Shown here one piece after another: positions 1 to 11,112 of a stretch of DNA of 64,000 nt (position 1 is the first letter of the stretch; each line of letters begins with the position of its first letter). Below the pieces are notes generated by a model, which saw nothing but the letters and a program-made list of their open reading frames with translations, was not told where the DNA came from and did not search any database. The translations under genes and the position numbers were made by a program. The stretch is from Callorhinchus milii (Eukaryota): positions 69,566,001 to 69,630,000 of the forward strand of contig NW_024704742.1 of assembly GCF_018977255.1 (NCBI RefSeq), read 5' to 3'.

Positions 1-427
1 GTTTTATATAAAGCGACTCATCAATTTGAAGCAAATCGCAAAGCCTCCCCATTCACTACCCCTTTTATGCCTAGGGAGGAACTGTAACGAGCATTGTAGT
101 TACAGCTTATTAAATGTCAATTTGTTATCTATCTGCTCGCACAAAGAGAAACCTCTTAAACTGCAAAATATGTATTAATCCTGCAGCTAATGCCAGATAA
201 TTTGCCTGGGGTATTAAATAATTTAATATGCAAATCTGTGCAAAATTACCATGCTTTGTGTTCAGAATTAATACATTTTACTAATTCCAACAAAAAAAAA
301 CACCCATAAAGTGTTTAACACATGGTTTCCTATTTCATTTCATATGTGTACACCAGAAACAAAAAAATATTTTATTTTGTTTTTGTATCTCTTAACACAG
401 AGGTTAGTTTTGAGGACACTTTGAATG

Positions 428-710
428 GGCAAGAATACTGCTGTCTGGCAAGTTTTCCTGCTGATTGTCCAGCTTGGATGGTCCTAACCATTAGGGCTTT
501 GGCTTTTAGGGCTAACAGGAGCTGAGTGGGAGAATTCCCTATCCCCAGTGACTGGTCTGCCCTTGCAAGTACTGCCGATGAGCTAGGCTGGCTGTAATGT
601 CATTAGCAGTGCCCTGCAATATTATATTAGAGACCATCACAGAGGGCTGGCTCGATTCCGATATTCCATTGCTAAGCATATCACCTCAGAGCCAGTTCGG
701 ATCCCACTTA
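428..710 (-). repeat. Unclassified interspersed repeat, family C (5' part)
   Basis: Reverse complement matches 57650-57965 (GGAATCGAGCC, GGGCAGACCAGTCACTGGGG, CCCACTCAGCTCCTGTTAGCC, AAAACTTGCCAGACA). Confidence 0.75.
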
Positions 711-1060
711 CCATCACCGCCCCCCCACCCCACCCCCAGGAAGATAGACACTGAAGATGTCTGTCTGGGTTCAGATCTGATTTACTTTTCTCAGCAGCTT
801 ACAGAATTTGGCAATTGTAGAGTTCAGTCTTACACTTGAAGGTGTTTTTCTGTACTTCTAAAAAGAAACTTGGGGAAAAAAAAGCTTCAGAATTGGCGTT
901 TCCCAAATTATAGACACTCTGAAAATAATTATACAACAATAATCCTTGCATTCAACATAGTGCCTTATCACACTGACAAATCGTCTCAAAGAGATTTGCA
1001 AGATTTCTACAACCACAAAACTTCATTTTTATACAGCGTCCTTCGTGTAGGATAATGTGA

Positions 1061-1397
1061 AGTCCTGTAGCTTATTTGTTAAAGCACTTGCCTCTCAAGT
1101 AAAAGGTCATGAAGCCGATTCCCGGGGAGGGCAAAAACCTTAGGTAAGTTTCCTTACCTACACACCACTGTTTACCTCGAAGTAAGTAGGAACCCGGTTG
1201 TTAGTTAATTAGCAGATCATTTTCCAGGGGTAAAAAAAATGTTGTCACTCAATCCATAACTGTTTGTGGGACATTGCTGTGGGCAATTGGTTACCGTATT
1301 CGCCCACAAACTATACAGTCATTTCACTGTACAGGAGATTCTGTGAAGTGCTTTGAGACGTCTTGAATACGTAAATGCCAGGATTATTATTATTATT
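1061..1397 (+). mobile_element. SINE family A (tRNA head + CORE-like + Deu 3' half + L2-like tail)
   Basis: Colinear with the other family A copies; (ATT)n tail. Confidence 0.85.
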
Positions 1398-2325
1398 AAT
1401 GTGTTGCAGAAGGGAGAGGTGACCATAAGCACGGTCAAAAGAGGTAGGCTTTAAAGTGGAATTTAAAGACAGAGAGAGGAGCGAGGCAGACATTTTTTAC
1501 TGTAGAGTGTAGTGACTATGAATTTTGTAGATGAACGCGGCATACATTGACTGCTGTGTTTGTTGACTTGAACACAGTCACTACACTTTATAGTGAATGC
1601 ATACATTTTATCAAATGCAAGGATTATTTTTCTTATTATCTATCTATTTGGAAGGATCACATTACTAGACATCCGGAAAACTTTTTTGACTTAAAAAGTG
1701 TAGCAGCTGTTTTTTATATAAAAAAAAGAAAAATAAATCCAGCAGAATTATTCCAGTGCCTCAGTCAAATGGTGAAGGAAAGGATTGAACAGTTAGGATA
1801 GGAGAGGGAGAGGAGAGGAGCATGGAGAGAGGTGAGAGGAGAGAGAGGGAGATAGGCAGGTAGATGGTATCTCAAACTGAATGGTAAGGACATGTCAGTA
1901 AGCATTCATTTCTGATAACTAGATTAATCAGAAGGGAGCCAGTGGAGGACAAAACCAACTATTTCATCCGCTGCCACACTGACCTGCTCAGATAGATTAT
2001 CTACATTGTCTGTACATCTGTCAGTATCTATCCATTTATTGGCTATCTGTCTGGATCGATGTATCTGTCTGTTTCTATTCGTCTCACCATTTCTTACTAT
2101 CTACCTACCATTCTCTCTCTCTCTGTCTCCTCTCCCCTCTTTCCTCTACCCTCACTCCCATCATCTGATCTCTCCTAACTGCTCTTGCCTCTTCTCTCTC
2201 TCTCCTCTCTTCTATTCCCCCTCACCACTATCTCTACTCTACTAACTCTTCGCATCGCAAAAACAATTGGTCACTCAATCCATGACAGTTTGTGTGCAAC
2301 TGGCTGCCGCGTTTTGCCCACAAAA

Positions 2326-2640
2326 TATAATAATAATAATAATCCTTGCATTTGATATAGCGCTTTTCACGTCTTCTCGATGACTCAAAGTGCTTCACAG
2401 AATAGACTGTAAGTGAATTGATCGTATATTTGTGGACAAACCACGGCAGCCAATTGCACACAGCAATGTCCCACAAACAGTCGTGGATTGAAAATGACCA
2501 ATTTATTATTGTTTTGTTTTGGAGGGATTATTATTAGGTGTGTGGAGTAAGGAAACTTGCCCAAGGTTTTGCCCTGCCTGGAATTGAACCCAGGTGTCTC
2601 ACTTGCAAGGCGAGTGCTCTAACCACTGAGCTACAGGATT
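2326..2640 (-). mobile_element. SINE family A short form, nested antisense in an older SINE 3' part (2260-2738, +)
   Basis: Host consensus CACAAAATATACAGTC is split, with ATATA on both sides of the insert. Confidence 0.85.
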
Positions 2641-2789
2641 GTGATATACAGTCAATTCACTTTACAGTATATTCTGTGAAGTTCTTTGAGACGTCTCAAT
2701 GATGTGAAAAGGCACTATATCAAATACAAGGATTATTATCTTACTCCTCTCTCTCCTATTTCCTCTTGTCCACCCAACTATAATAAACA

Positions 2790-3085
2790 GGTCCATATCG
2801 GCCTGTCCATTCCCTCTGCTTGGCTTGCCTCACCATCGTCATTCGAGCCTTCATCCTCTCCAACCCCACCCTTTGGAACTCCATCCCATAATCCCTTCAC
2901 CTCACTCCCTCCGTTGCCTCCTTCGAGGCACGTCTCTAGACCCTCCTCTTCGACTGTGCATTGCTACCCTCCCCGTCCCCCCACCCCTCCTGATCCCAAG
3001 CTCGGGTACAAATCCCTGACTATCCAGGACCTTGTCCACATGATGTGAAAAGATGCTGCACAAATGTAATTTGTTTTGTTGATAG
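2790..3085 (+). mobile_element. L2 LINE 3' fragment
   Basis: [12 protein letters not shown] remnant plus L2 3' UTR ending AAATGTAATTTGTTTTGTTG. Confidence 0.75.
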
Positions 3086-3420
3086 TGTTGATAATATATT
3101 TAATATATTCTTGTTGCTATTTTTCAGAGCAGCACAGTCTAAAGCAGTAACTAAAACAGTCAATGAGCTTGTGATGAAATATAAAGTGCTTGATGGCAGG
3201 GACTGTATCTGATCAGAATATCTGATTTCAATTTCCACTTATGCCATTTTAAGGTTGTGGATAAAATCTATCATCTGAAATTGAATGGTAAGGACATGGC
3301 ATTGTCCTCTGATTTCTGATAAACTGGGCCAATAGAAAAGTGCGGAAATGTTTGCAAAAAAATTGCAGAATGCTTAAGAAATCTTCTGGGAACTTGCAGG
3401 GAAATCTTTTAAGTTTTCAT

Positions 3421-4455
3421 AGATTCATAGAATATTACGACACAGAAGGAGGCCATTCGGCCCATCGAGTCTGTGCCGGCTCTTTGACAGAGCAAGTCAC
3501 TTTCACTAACTCCAATCACCAGCTTTCTCCCCATAACTCTGCAAACCCGTCTTTCCCAGATACCCATCCAGTTCTCTCTTAAAAGCATTACCCTTTCAGG
3601 CAGATCATTCCAAATTCGAACTCGCTGAGTAAAAAAATTTCTTCTAACCTCCCCTCTGCTTCTTTTGGTAGATACCTTAAGACTGTGACCCCGGTCACAG
3701 ACACACCTACCAGCGGAAACAGCTTTTCCCTATCTAGCCTGTCGAAACCTATCATGATCTTGAAGACCTCTATCAGGTCCCCGGGTAACCTTCTCTGCTC
3801 TAATGGGAAAAGTCCTAACTTCTCCAGTCTGTCCTCATAGTTAAGGTTCCCCATTCCTGGTATCATTCTCGTGAATCTCCTCTGTACCCTTTCCAGTGCC
3901 TTAATGTCCTTCCTGAAGTAAGGTGCCCAGAACTGGACGCAGGACTCCAGCTGAGGCCTAACCAGTGTTTTGTATAGATTAATCATACCCTCCCTACTCT
4001 TATACTCTATGCCCCTACTAATAGAGCTCAGTACACCAAATGCCTTTTTTACTGCCTTATCTACCTGCCCCGCTACCTTTAATGATTTACTTACTTGAAC
4101 ACCCAGATCTCCTGGAGTCCTGTAGCTCAGTGGTTAGAGCACTCGCTTTGCAAGTGAGAGACCTGAGTTCAATTCCAGGCAGAGGGCGAAACCTTGGGCA
4201 AGTTTCCTTACTCCACACAGAGCCTAATAATAATCCCTCCAAAACAAAAAACAATAATAAATTGGTCATTTTCAATCTACGACTGTTTGTGGGACATTGC
4301 TGTGCGCAATTGGCTGCCGCATTCGCCCACACATATACAGTCAATTCACTTTACAGTATGTTCTGTGAAGCGCTTTGGGACATCCTCCCGACATGAAAAG
4401 CGCTATATCAAATGCAAGGATTATTATTATTATCTCTCTGTATGGTCACACCCCT
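3421..4455 (-). mobile_element. CR1 LINE 3' fragment nested in the hAT element, itself split by a SINE (4114-4433)
   Basis: ORF 3588-3986 LYKTLVRPQLESCVQFWAPY...LERVQRRFTRMIPG is the CR1 RT C-terminus. 3' UTR GAATGGCCTCCTTCTGTG followed by TTCTATGA-type tail. Confidence 0.9.
4114..4433 (+). mobile_element. Young tRNA-derived SINE, family A short subfamily (A')
   Basis: tRNA-like head with A box (TAGCTCAGTGG) and B box (GTTCAATTCC), Deu-like 3' body, L2-like stem-loop tail, (ATT)n. Near-identical to 45326-45649 and 52451-52778. Confidence 0.9.
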
Positions 4456-4484
4456 GCGGAAAAATTGCAGAAGTTTAGTTGGTG

Positions 4485-4765
4485 CTATTGAGAGACGCAT
4501 TTTGCTGTTAACCTACATGCTTCATGCTCAGGAATAAGCTCTTTCAAGTATTTATTACAAAGCTGTGATGGTGTTGGAATAGTCCCTCGCTGTTTCGTGC
4601 ACTTGCATAGAAACTCTTGGAAGGCAGGACCTTTTTCAAGCGGTATGTCTGGTCTAGTCAAACACTGCACAAAGTCCAATATGAATTCTTTCCTCTCCAT
4701 AGATGATGCAGTGGCTCTAGAGAAGCAGGTTGTTAGAGCAAGTTGTCTCTGAGGTCCAAATCCAC
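4485..4765 (-). pseudogene. CGGBP1-like / hAT transposase remnant, downstream exon (helical DNA-binding/dimerisation region)
   Basis: Acceptor TTTTTTCCTTTCTAG|GT at 4766/4765. Open frame GFGPQRQLALTTCFSRATASSMERKEFILDFVQCLTRPDIPLEKGPAFQEFLCKCTKQRGTIPTPSQLCNKYLKELIPEHE resembles the CGGBP1 C-terminal half (QDFVKMCLEANIPLEK...GGSIPKSDQLRRAYL). Ends at TAG 4487-4485. Confidence 0.85.
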
Positions 4766-4854
4766 CTAGAAAGGAAAAAATAAAAATTAATCTTCATGAT
4801 GCATTTGTCGTTAGAAATGTTCTATCTATTTGTTTTTATTTGCTGTGGTTGCTT

Positions 4855-5143
4855 ATGTGCCCACCACTGGCAGGTGAGCCTTCAGACACTTTGCCCCCCC
4901 CTGGACCTCCATCCCGCAGTCCCTCCGCCTCACCAGCCTCCTTCAAGACCCGCCTCCTTCAAGACCCATCTCAAAACCCATTTCCTCTTCGACCGTGCCT
5001 TTGATCATCCTCCATCCCTCCCGATCTCCGGCCTCCCTGATCCCAACCCCCAGCTCGAGTCCGAAACACTGATTGTCCAGCGCCTTGGGACATCCTCCCG
5101 ACGTGAAAAGCGCAATACAAATGTAATTTTGTTGCTGTTGTTT
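4855..5143 (+). mobile_element. L2 LINE 3' fragment within the intron of the CGGBP-like remnant
   Basis: SFKTHLKTH-LFDRAF ORF2 end; tail GCGCCTTGGGACATCCTCCCGACGTGAAAAGCGC followed by (GTT)n. Confidence 0.85.
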
Positions 5144-5274
5144 TAAAATTCAATCAAAAAAGGAGAGAGATTAATTTATGCAATTATACAAATTAAGATT
5201 TCCTTTCAAAATTAGAGTGAAAGCACATAATTATACATTTTCATTTCATAGTATTTATATCAAAAGCAGTTTAC

Positions 5275-5480
5275 CTTTATTTTTTTCTTGATTGACGCTT
5301 CCTCGAGTTAACAATGTTTCTGAGATTTCATGTGCTCAGCAACGGTGCACTTGCGAACACAATCAATTGTGTGACAGCAAACGGGGCAAAACAACTGCCC
5401 CCCTTCTATATGAAGGTCATCTGGAGAGAGTACAATTCTACCTGTACGACAGACGGAAAATGAGAGGTTGCGGCTCCTTG
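5275..5480 (-). pseudogene. CGGBP1-like / hAT transposase remnant, zf-BED exon (disrupted)
   Basis: Translation RIVLSPDDLHIEGGQLFCPVCCHTIDCVRKCTVAEHMKSQKH resembles the CGGBP1 zinc finger as I recall it (LHEDGGKLFCTSC...HVRKSAISDHLKSKTH). In-frame TAA/frameshift just after KH. Splice donor AAG|GTAAAC at 5275/5274. The 5' limit is approximate. Confidence 0.85.
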
Positions 5481-6037
5481 GCTTCCTCACGGGATTTGCA
5501 AAACCGTTTGGATATTTTTGTATTGTACAACTTAAAAAATCCACTATCCCTGATTAAAACTGTAGGTATATATTTCCTAAAAACCTACTTATGTTTAAAA
5601 TACTAAATATTTTAATTTGAATAGTTACCGAGAATAGCTCTTACCAAGAATTCTCCGCGATAGTGTGTGACACGGCTGCTTTTCCTGTCGAGGTTTACTC
5701 ACCAGTGAAGTCGATTTCCTGCACATGCCGCTCCTGTCATCCCCAAATTCACTGTGCCACTCATGCGCGATCAGAACCTCTCCGGCCATATTAGTGGCGT
5801 CGAGCAAACAGTGTGAAAGGCCTGGGGCCAAGCGCACTGTGTGTAAAGGTTAGTACCTGAGGGACTGTTTGTAGCGGGCGAGGGCTGTTGTAGCTGAATG
5901 TGCGGAGAAAGTGTGCTCACACATTTCCATTGGCCCAGCTGATAACTAGAGATTAGCATAGAATATGTATTCTCTGGTCAAGGCCTTGATGTAGAGGTGA
6001 CTGCCTGTCAGGAGTCTGTCCCATCCAAATCCAATCA

Positions 6038-6393
6038 TGCAGTCTTGTAGCATACCGGCTACAGCACTCACCCCGCAAGCGAGAGGGTGCAGGTTTGATT
6101 CCCGGGCAGGGCAAAACCTTCGGCAAGTTTCCTTACTCCGCACACTTACCGATCCCGGTTGTTAGTCGATTGGTAGATTGGGGGGAAAAATCCCATGTTT
6201 AAAAAAAACATTCAAAAAAATTGCCACTCAATACACGACTGTTTGTGGGACACCACTGGGCGCAATTGACTGCTGCTTTTGCCCACAAAATACAGTCAAT
6301 TCACTCTGCAGTATATTTTGTGAAGCTCTTTGAGATGTCGCAACAATGTGATAAAGTGCTAAATCAAATGCAAGGATTATTATATATTATTAT
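6038..6393 (+). mobile_element. SINE family A
   Basis: tRNA head, GGCAAGTTTCCTTACTCC, Deu 3' body, (ATT)n. Confidence 0.85.
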
Positions 6394-7633
6394 CGATGCT
6401 CCAGGCTGGCTGGTCTGTCAGCAGCAGTGCCCTGGAGTACTGTGGCCTGGTTCAAGAACTGGACTACTGAGCGAGACGCCAAAGAGGGTGGATTCTGATA
6501 TTCCGTTGCCAAACATCTCACGTTGGAGCTCGTGAGTAGATCCTGTCTGTGCCTGTTCAGGGGACTGTTATAGATTCATCACACTTCAAAAAGAGAAGGG
6601 AGTTTCTCTTCGTGTCGTGGCCAATAATCATCCAGTGTTCCCCGCCAACACTGTATTGAACTGTCCACCCAGACTGTGAACTCAAAGCCCCAACAGGGGC
6701 TTGAACCCTTCTGACTCAGGGGTGAGAGTGCCACTGACCGAGCCAGGCAGACATGTAAGGAATGTGGGGAGTTAGCAAATTGGTTGTATAGGCATTCGGC
6801 TACAAAATACACAGTCACTAAACTTTGCACTTTACAGTAAATCCTATGAAGCCTTTTAAGATGTCCCCTCGACACAAAGACGCTGTATCAAATGTAAGGA
6901 TTATTATTGTTTTTAGGTTTCATATGTCAGACACCCATCTGTCCCCAAATATTTATTATTGATAAGAAATAGCACAAAACAACAGCAACAGCATTTATAT
7001 AGCACCCTTCACTCGCTGCGGATTAGTTTCTTGGAAGCATGACATTTGATACAGCACCTTTCTTGTCAGGAGGATATCTCAAAACGCAGGATTTATTTTA
7101 AGGTTCAAATATACAGGCGATACACATTACAGTATATCCCGTGAAGCACTTTGAGATGATTCAACCACATGATCAGGTGCTGTATCAATTGCGAGAATTA
7201 TCATGATTTTATTTGCCTGTGTATTTTGCAGGCAAAATCCCGTTCCATCTGGCTGCCTATTTACAGCAGGGTCGGAGACTCTTGGCTTTAACATCATTCC
7301 CTTCACGTGGGCTTTGGGAATAATCATAATACTTCAATAGCTCTCGTGTGAATGGGGAGGTGGGCGGAAAAACACAGCAAAATTGAGTGACCTTCGAGCA
7401 CAGTGAAGGAAATTATATGTGAAGCATTGGGCGACAAGTGCTCTTTATGGACTAATTTCTCCTGAGGCACGTTCTGTTCATGTACAATGCAAAGTTTTGT
7501 CTGTGTGTAGTTGGGGGGGGGGGGGGGGGGAGGGAGGGTGGCATGGGATGTCAGAGGTAGGGGGACGTAGTAAAGTGTGACACAGATTTTGTGAATTGTA
7601 AACATTCGGAGGGCAGCACATGTGTCAGCAATA

Positions 7634-7900
7634 TGTCAGCCTGGCTCACTCAGTGGCATTCTTGTCTCTGAGCCAAGTCGCCATGCTGGGACTCATATAG
7701 TAAGGCTGTCGTTCCAGCGCAGTGTTGGGGGGTGAGCACCACATTGCAAGAAATGCCGTCCTTCAATGAGATGTTAAACCGAGGTCCTGTCTGTGTTTGT
7801 ACGGGTGGATGTTAAAGATCCCACGGTGCTACTCAAAAAGCAGAGGAGGTTTCTCCCAGTATTCTGGCCCAAACTCGCCAACATAAAAAAAAAAGGTCAT
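7634..7900 (+). mobile_element. Deu-domain SINE family B (SacSINE1/AmnSINE1-like), partial
   Basis: GATGTTAAACCGAGGTCC...GGTGGATGTTAAAGATCCCACGGTGCTACTC Deu-domain motif. Confidence 0.75.
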
Positions 7901-8209
7901 TCACGCTATAATAATTATAATTTGCATTGGATACAGTGCCTTATCATACCATTGAGATATCTCAAAGAGCTTCACAAGATGTATTGTAAAGTGATTTGAC
8001 TGTATTTTGTGGGCAAAACAGATGTTCTGCATTCCTTCTCCATGGCTGTTTGTAGGATGTTTCTGTGCACAAATTGGCTGCCATGTTCACCTACAGTATG
8101 CTAAGTAAGTGTTAAGGTGTTGCGTCGGGTGACGGGTAGCACCCTATCACTATATAAATGCAAGTTGTTGTTGTTCTGTAACAAACGCAAAAAAATTATA
8201 ATTAAATTT

Positions 8210-8400
8210 AGTGTTTAATTGTTCAACAGATGTGAATGAACCTCTGGGCTCTGGTGATCATTGTGAGGTTAGGTTGACAATGTATGGAAAGGTTAAGCCA
8301 AGTGTAATAATACAGAGGTGTGTCAGTCTGGCCAAGCGAATACAGGGACAGTGGAGAAGGATTACGCGAGGAGCAGAATTGGGAGACAAAGTAGAGGAAA
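8210..8400 (+). mobile_element. CR1 LINE endonuclease-region fragment
   Basis: VNEPLGSGDHCEV resembles the EPLGxSDH motif at the end of the CR1 APE domain. Confidence 0.55.
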
Positions 8401-8486
8401 AAGGAAATTTCATTCAATAAAATATAACCATTCAATTTGATACAGCACCCATCATGTGGCAAGGATGTCTCAAGTCTCTTCACACT

Positions 8487-9602
8487 AATAATTCTTGCTT
8501 TTATTATAGAGCCTTATCACTTCACTGAGATGTCTCAAAGCACTTCACAGAATATACTGTAAAGTGGATTGACTGTGTAGTTTGTGGGAGAAATGTGGCA
8601 GCCAGTTGTGCACAGTAGTGTCCCACAAACAGTCGTGGGTTGAGTGACTAAATTTTTTTTTGAAGGATTTAGAACCATGGAAAGCAATCTGCCAATCGAC
8701 TAACAACCGGGTTTTTAACATAACATAACAATATGTAGGAGCAGGAGTAGGCCATTCGGCCCATTCAATGATGGCTGATCTTGTAATCTAACTCCAGCTA
8801 ATAACCTAACCCTGCCTTATCCCCATATCCCTTAATCCCTTTTGCAATAAGAAATCTATCTCAGTCTTGAATATGTTCAAGGACTGAGCGTCAACAGCCC
8901 TTTGAGGTAGCGAGTTCCATACATTCACCACCCTTTGAGTGAAGAAGTTTCTATAAGATCCCCTCTAATTCTTCTATATTCTAGAGAATATAGGCCCAAA
9001 TTGGTCAGCCTATCCTCGTAACTCATCCCCTTCATCCCTGGCACTAACCTAGTAAACCTACGCTGCAGCCCCTCCAAGGCAAGGACACCTTTCCTTAAAT
9101 AAGGAGACCAAAACTGCACACAGTATTCCAGGTGTGGTCTCACCAGGGCCCTATACAGTTGCAGCAAGACTTCCCTACTCTTATACTCTAATCCTTTCAT
9201 AATGAAAGCTCACATACCGTTCGCCTTCCTAATTGCTGCTGCACCTGCAGACTCACTCTCTGTGATTGGTGTACAAGGACACCCAAGTCCCTCTGGACGC
9301 CAACACATTCCAATCTCTCCCCTTCTAAGAAATAACCCGCTCGACTGTTTTTGCTACCTTGGTGGATGACTTCGCACTTCCCTACATTATACTTCATCTG
9401 CCACCAACCTGCTACCTTTCTATGTCTCACTGCATTTTTTTAATGTCATCCTCTGTGTTGACACTTCCTCCACTTTTATTTACTGCTAGGTAAACAGAGG
9501 AGTGTGGAGTAAGGAAACCTAAGGTTTCACCCTTTCCGGGAATCGAACCCAGGTCCTCTCACTTGTGAAACGAGCTTGCTAAGCACTAAACTACGAGACT
9601 CT
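8487..9602 (-). mobile_element. SINE family A split by a CR1 insertion (SINE parts 8487-8716 and 9478-9602)
   Basis: The two halves join into a complete family A copy at AACCGGGTT|...TTACTGCTAGGTAAACAGAGG. Confidence 0.8.
8718..9470 (-). mobile_element. CR1 LINE 3' fragment
   Basis: ORFs WQMKYNVGKCEVIH...QRDLGVLVH and LYRALVRPHLEYCVQFWSPY. 3' UTR GAATGGCCTACTCCTGCTCCTA followed by (TATGT)n. Confidence 0.92.
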
Positions 9603-9802
9603 AAAGTGCAGTGACTGTATTTGTGGGCTAATAAGTAGCCAATTTGTACATAGCATCATTCCACAAACAGCCATGAAGTGAATGGGTGATTTTATTTGGG
9701 ACCCAGATTTATCATCTTGTCTAAAGGACGGCAACTCCGATAAGGCAGCACTCCCTCCATCACTGCACTGGAGTGTCAGCCTTTAGGGGTTGTAGGGAAC
9801 CC

Positions 9803-10130
9803 AGAAACATAGGAGCAGGAGAAGGCCATTCAATCCCTCAAGCCTGTTCCGTCATTCCGTTAGATCATGGCTGATCTGCACCTCAACTTCATTTGCCCGC
9901 CTTTGCTCCGTATCCCTTTATACCCTTAGCTAATCCAAATCTATCCATCTCAGTCTTGAACGTTTCAATTGATCCAGCATCCACAGCTTTTTGGGAGAGA
10001 GAGTACTAGATCTCCACTACTCTTTGTGTGAAAAACTGCTTCCTCATTTCACTCCTAAATGGCCTAGCTTTAATTTTAAGATTATGCCCCCTTGTTCTGG
10101 ATTCCCCACCAGAGGAAATAGTTTCTGTGT
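9803..10130 (-). mobile_element. CR1 LINE 3' end
   Basis: Reverse complement of ...GAATCCAGAACAAGGGGGCATAATCTTAAAATT...GAATGGCCTTCTCCTGCTCCTATGTTTC. Related to 51185-51541. Confidence 0.85.
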
Positions 10131-10789
10131 AGGGTTAACAGAAGCTGAGTAGGTAGAATCCCTGCTTCCTTTTATCTAACATGAATAAGTTAGGGGAAGT
10201 GTGGGTGTGTGTACACGTGAGAGGGATGCAGGGGAAGAGAAAAGAAAAGACAGGAGGAAAGAGAAAGGCAGAAATACCAAGACCAAAGGATCCAAGGAAG
10301 GAGGTCATAATAAACCTCAAGGCCACGCAGAAATATTTCAAAAGGCACATGTGAGTGAGGATTGAGAGATTTGGAAAGGATGTCTGAGCTAAATAAAAGG
10401 AGAATAAGTAAAGCGTTCAGTTCAAATGGTGCAATATAATTTTCATTTATGTAATACGTTCCAAACTGGGAAACTTTCTCAAAATGCTTTATAATAATAA
10501 TAATAAAATATTCTGGTACTAAGCGAAAGGAATGGCTAGGGTGGTGAGACAAAGAAGTAGAGTGGTGGTGGAGGGGAGAAATTATGTTGTGGAGGGATTT
10601 AAGGACAAGGATCTTGAACATTGATTCCTAGGGAGGACGAAACTTTAGGCAAGTTTCCTTACTCCACACGCCTCTGTTTACCTAGCAGTAAATAGGAACC
10701 CGCTTGTGAAGGATCTTGACAAGGACAAATTCATCTGGATGTGTGTGGTTGGAAGCCAGCAGAGCCAAGTAAGGATGGGATGGGGGTGA

Positions 10790-11112
10790 TAATAATATTA
10801 ATCCTCACCTTATTACCTCATTGAGATGTCTCAAAGCACTTCACAGAATACATTGTAAAGTGAATTGACAGTATATTTTGTGGGCAAATTGAAGCAGCCA
10901 ATTGCGCACAGCAGTGTTCCACAAACGGTGGTGGAGTGGGTGGCCACATTTTTGGGGGAGGGATTATTGTCCCCGGAAAGCAATCCACCAATCGACTGAC
11001 AACTGTGTTCCTACTTACTGCTAGGTAAACAGAGACGTGTGGAGTAAGGAAACTTGCCAAACGTTTGCCCTCACCGGGAATCGAGCCTAGGTTCTCTCAC
11101 TTGCAAGATGAG
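10790..11112 (-). mobile_element. SINE family A inside a fragmented L2 (-) spanning ~10495-11330
   Basis: Family A body and head. Flanks carry L2 RT C-terminal remnants (FKILVLKSLH; WLPT). Confidence 0.75.

Larger units (their letters stand above)
3324..5938 (-). mobile_element. Non-autonomous, internally deleted hAT-superfamily DNA transposon (CGGBP-type) with nested CR1, SINE and L2 insertions
   Basis: TIRs: 3324-3344 CTGGGCCAATAGAAAAGTGCG vs reverse complement of 5918-5938 CTGGGCCAATGGAAATGTGTG (18/21). 8-bp TSD CTGATAAA (3316-3323) / CTGATAAC (5939-5946). TGC(G/A)GAA motifs near the left end. Internal zf-BED transposase remnants. Confidence 0.85.

Noticed and set aside
4114..4186. Possible tRNA-Ala(TGC) gene
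   Set aside because: The acceptor stem does not pair and the sequence runs straight into SINE body. It is a SINE head, as are all similar copies.
4485..5544. Functional CGGBP1 ortholog
   Set aside because: There is a stop/frameshift after the zinc finger, no clear start codon, and the sequence is enclosed by TIRs and a TSD. It is a transposon remnant.
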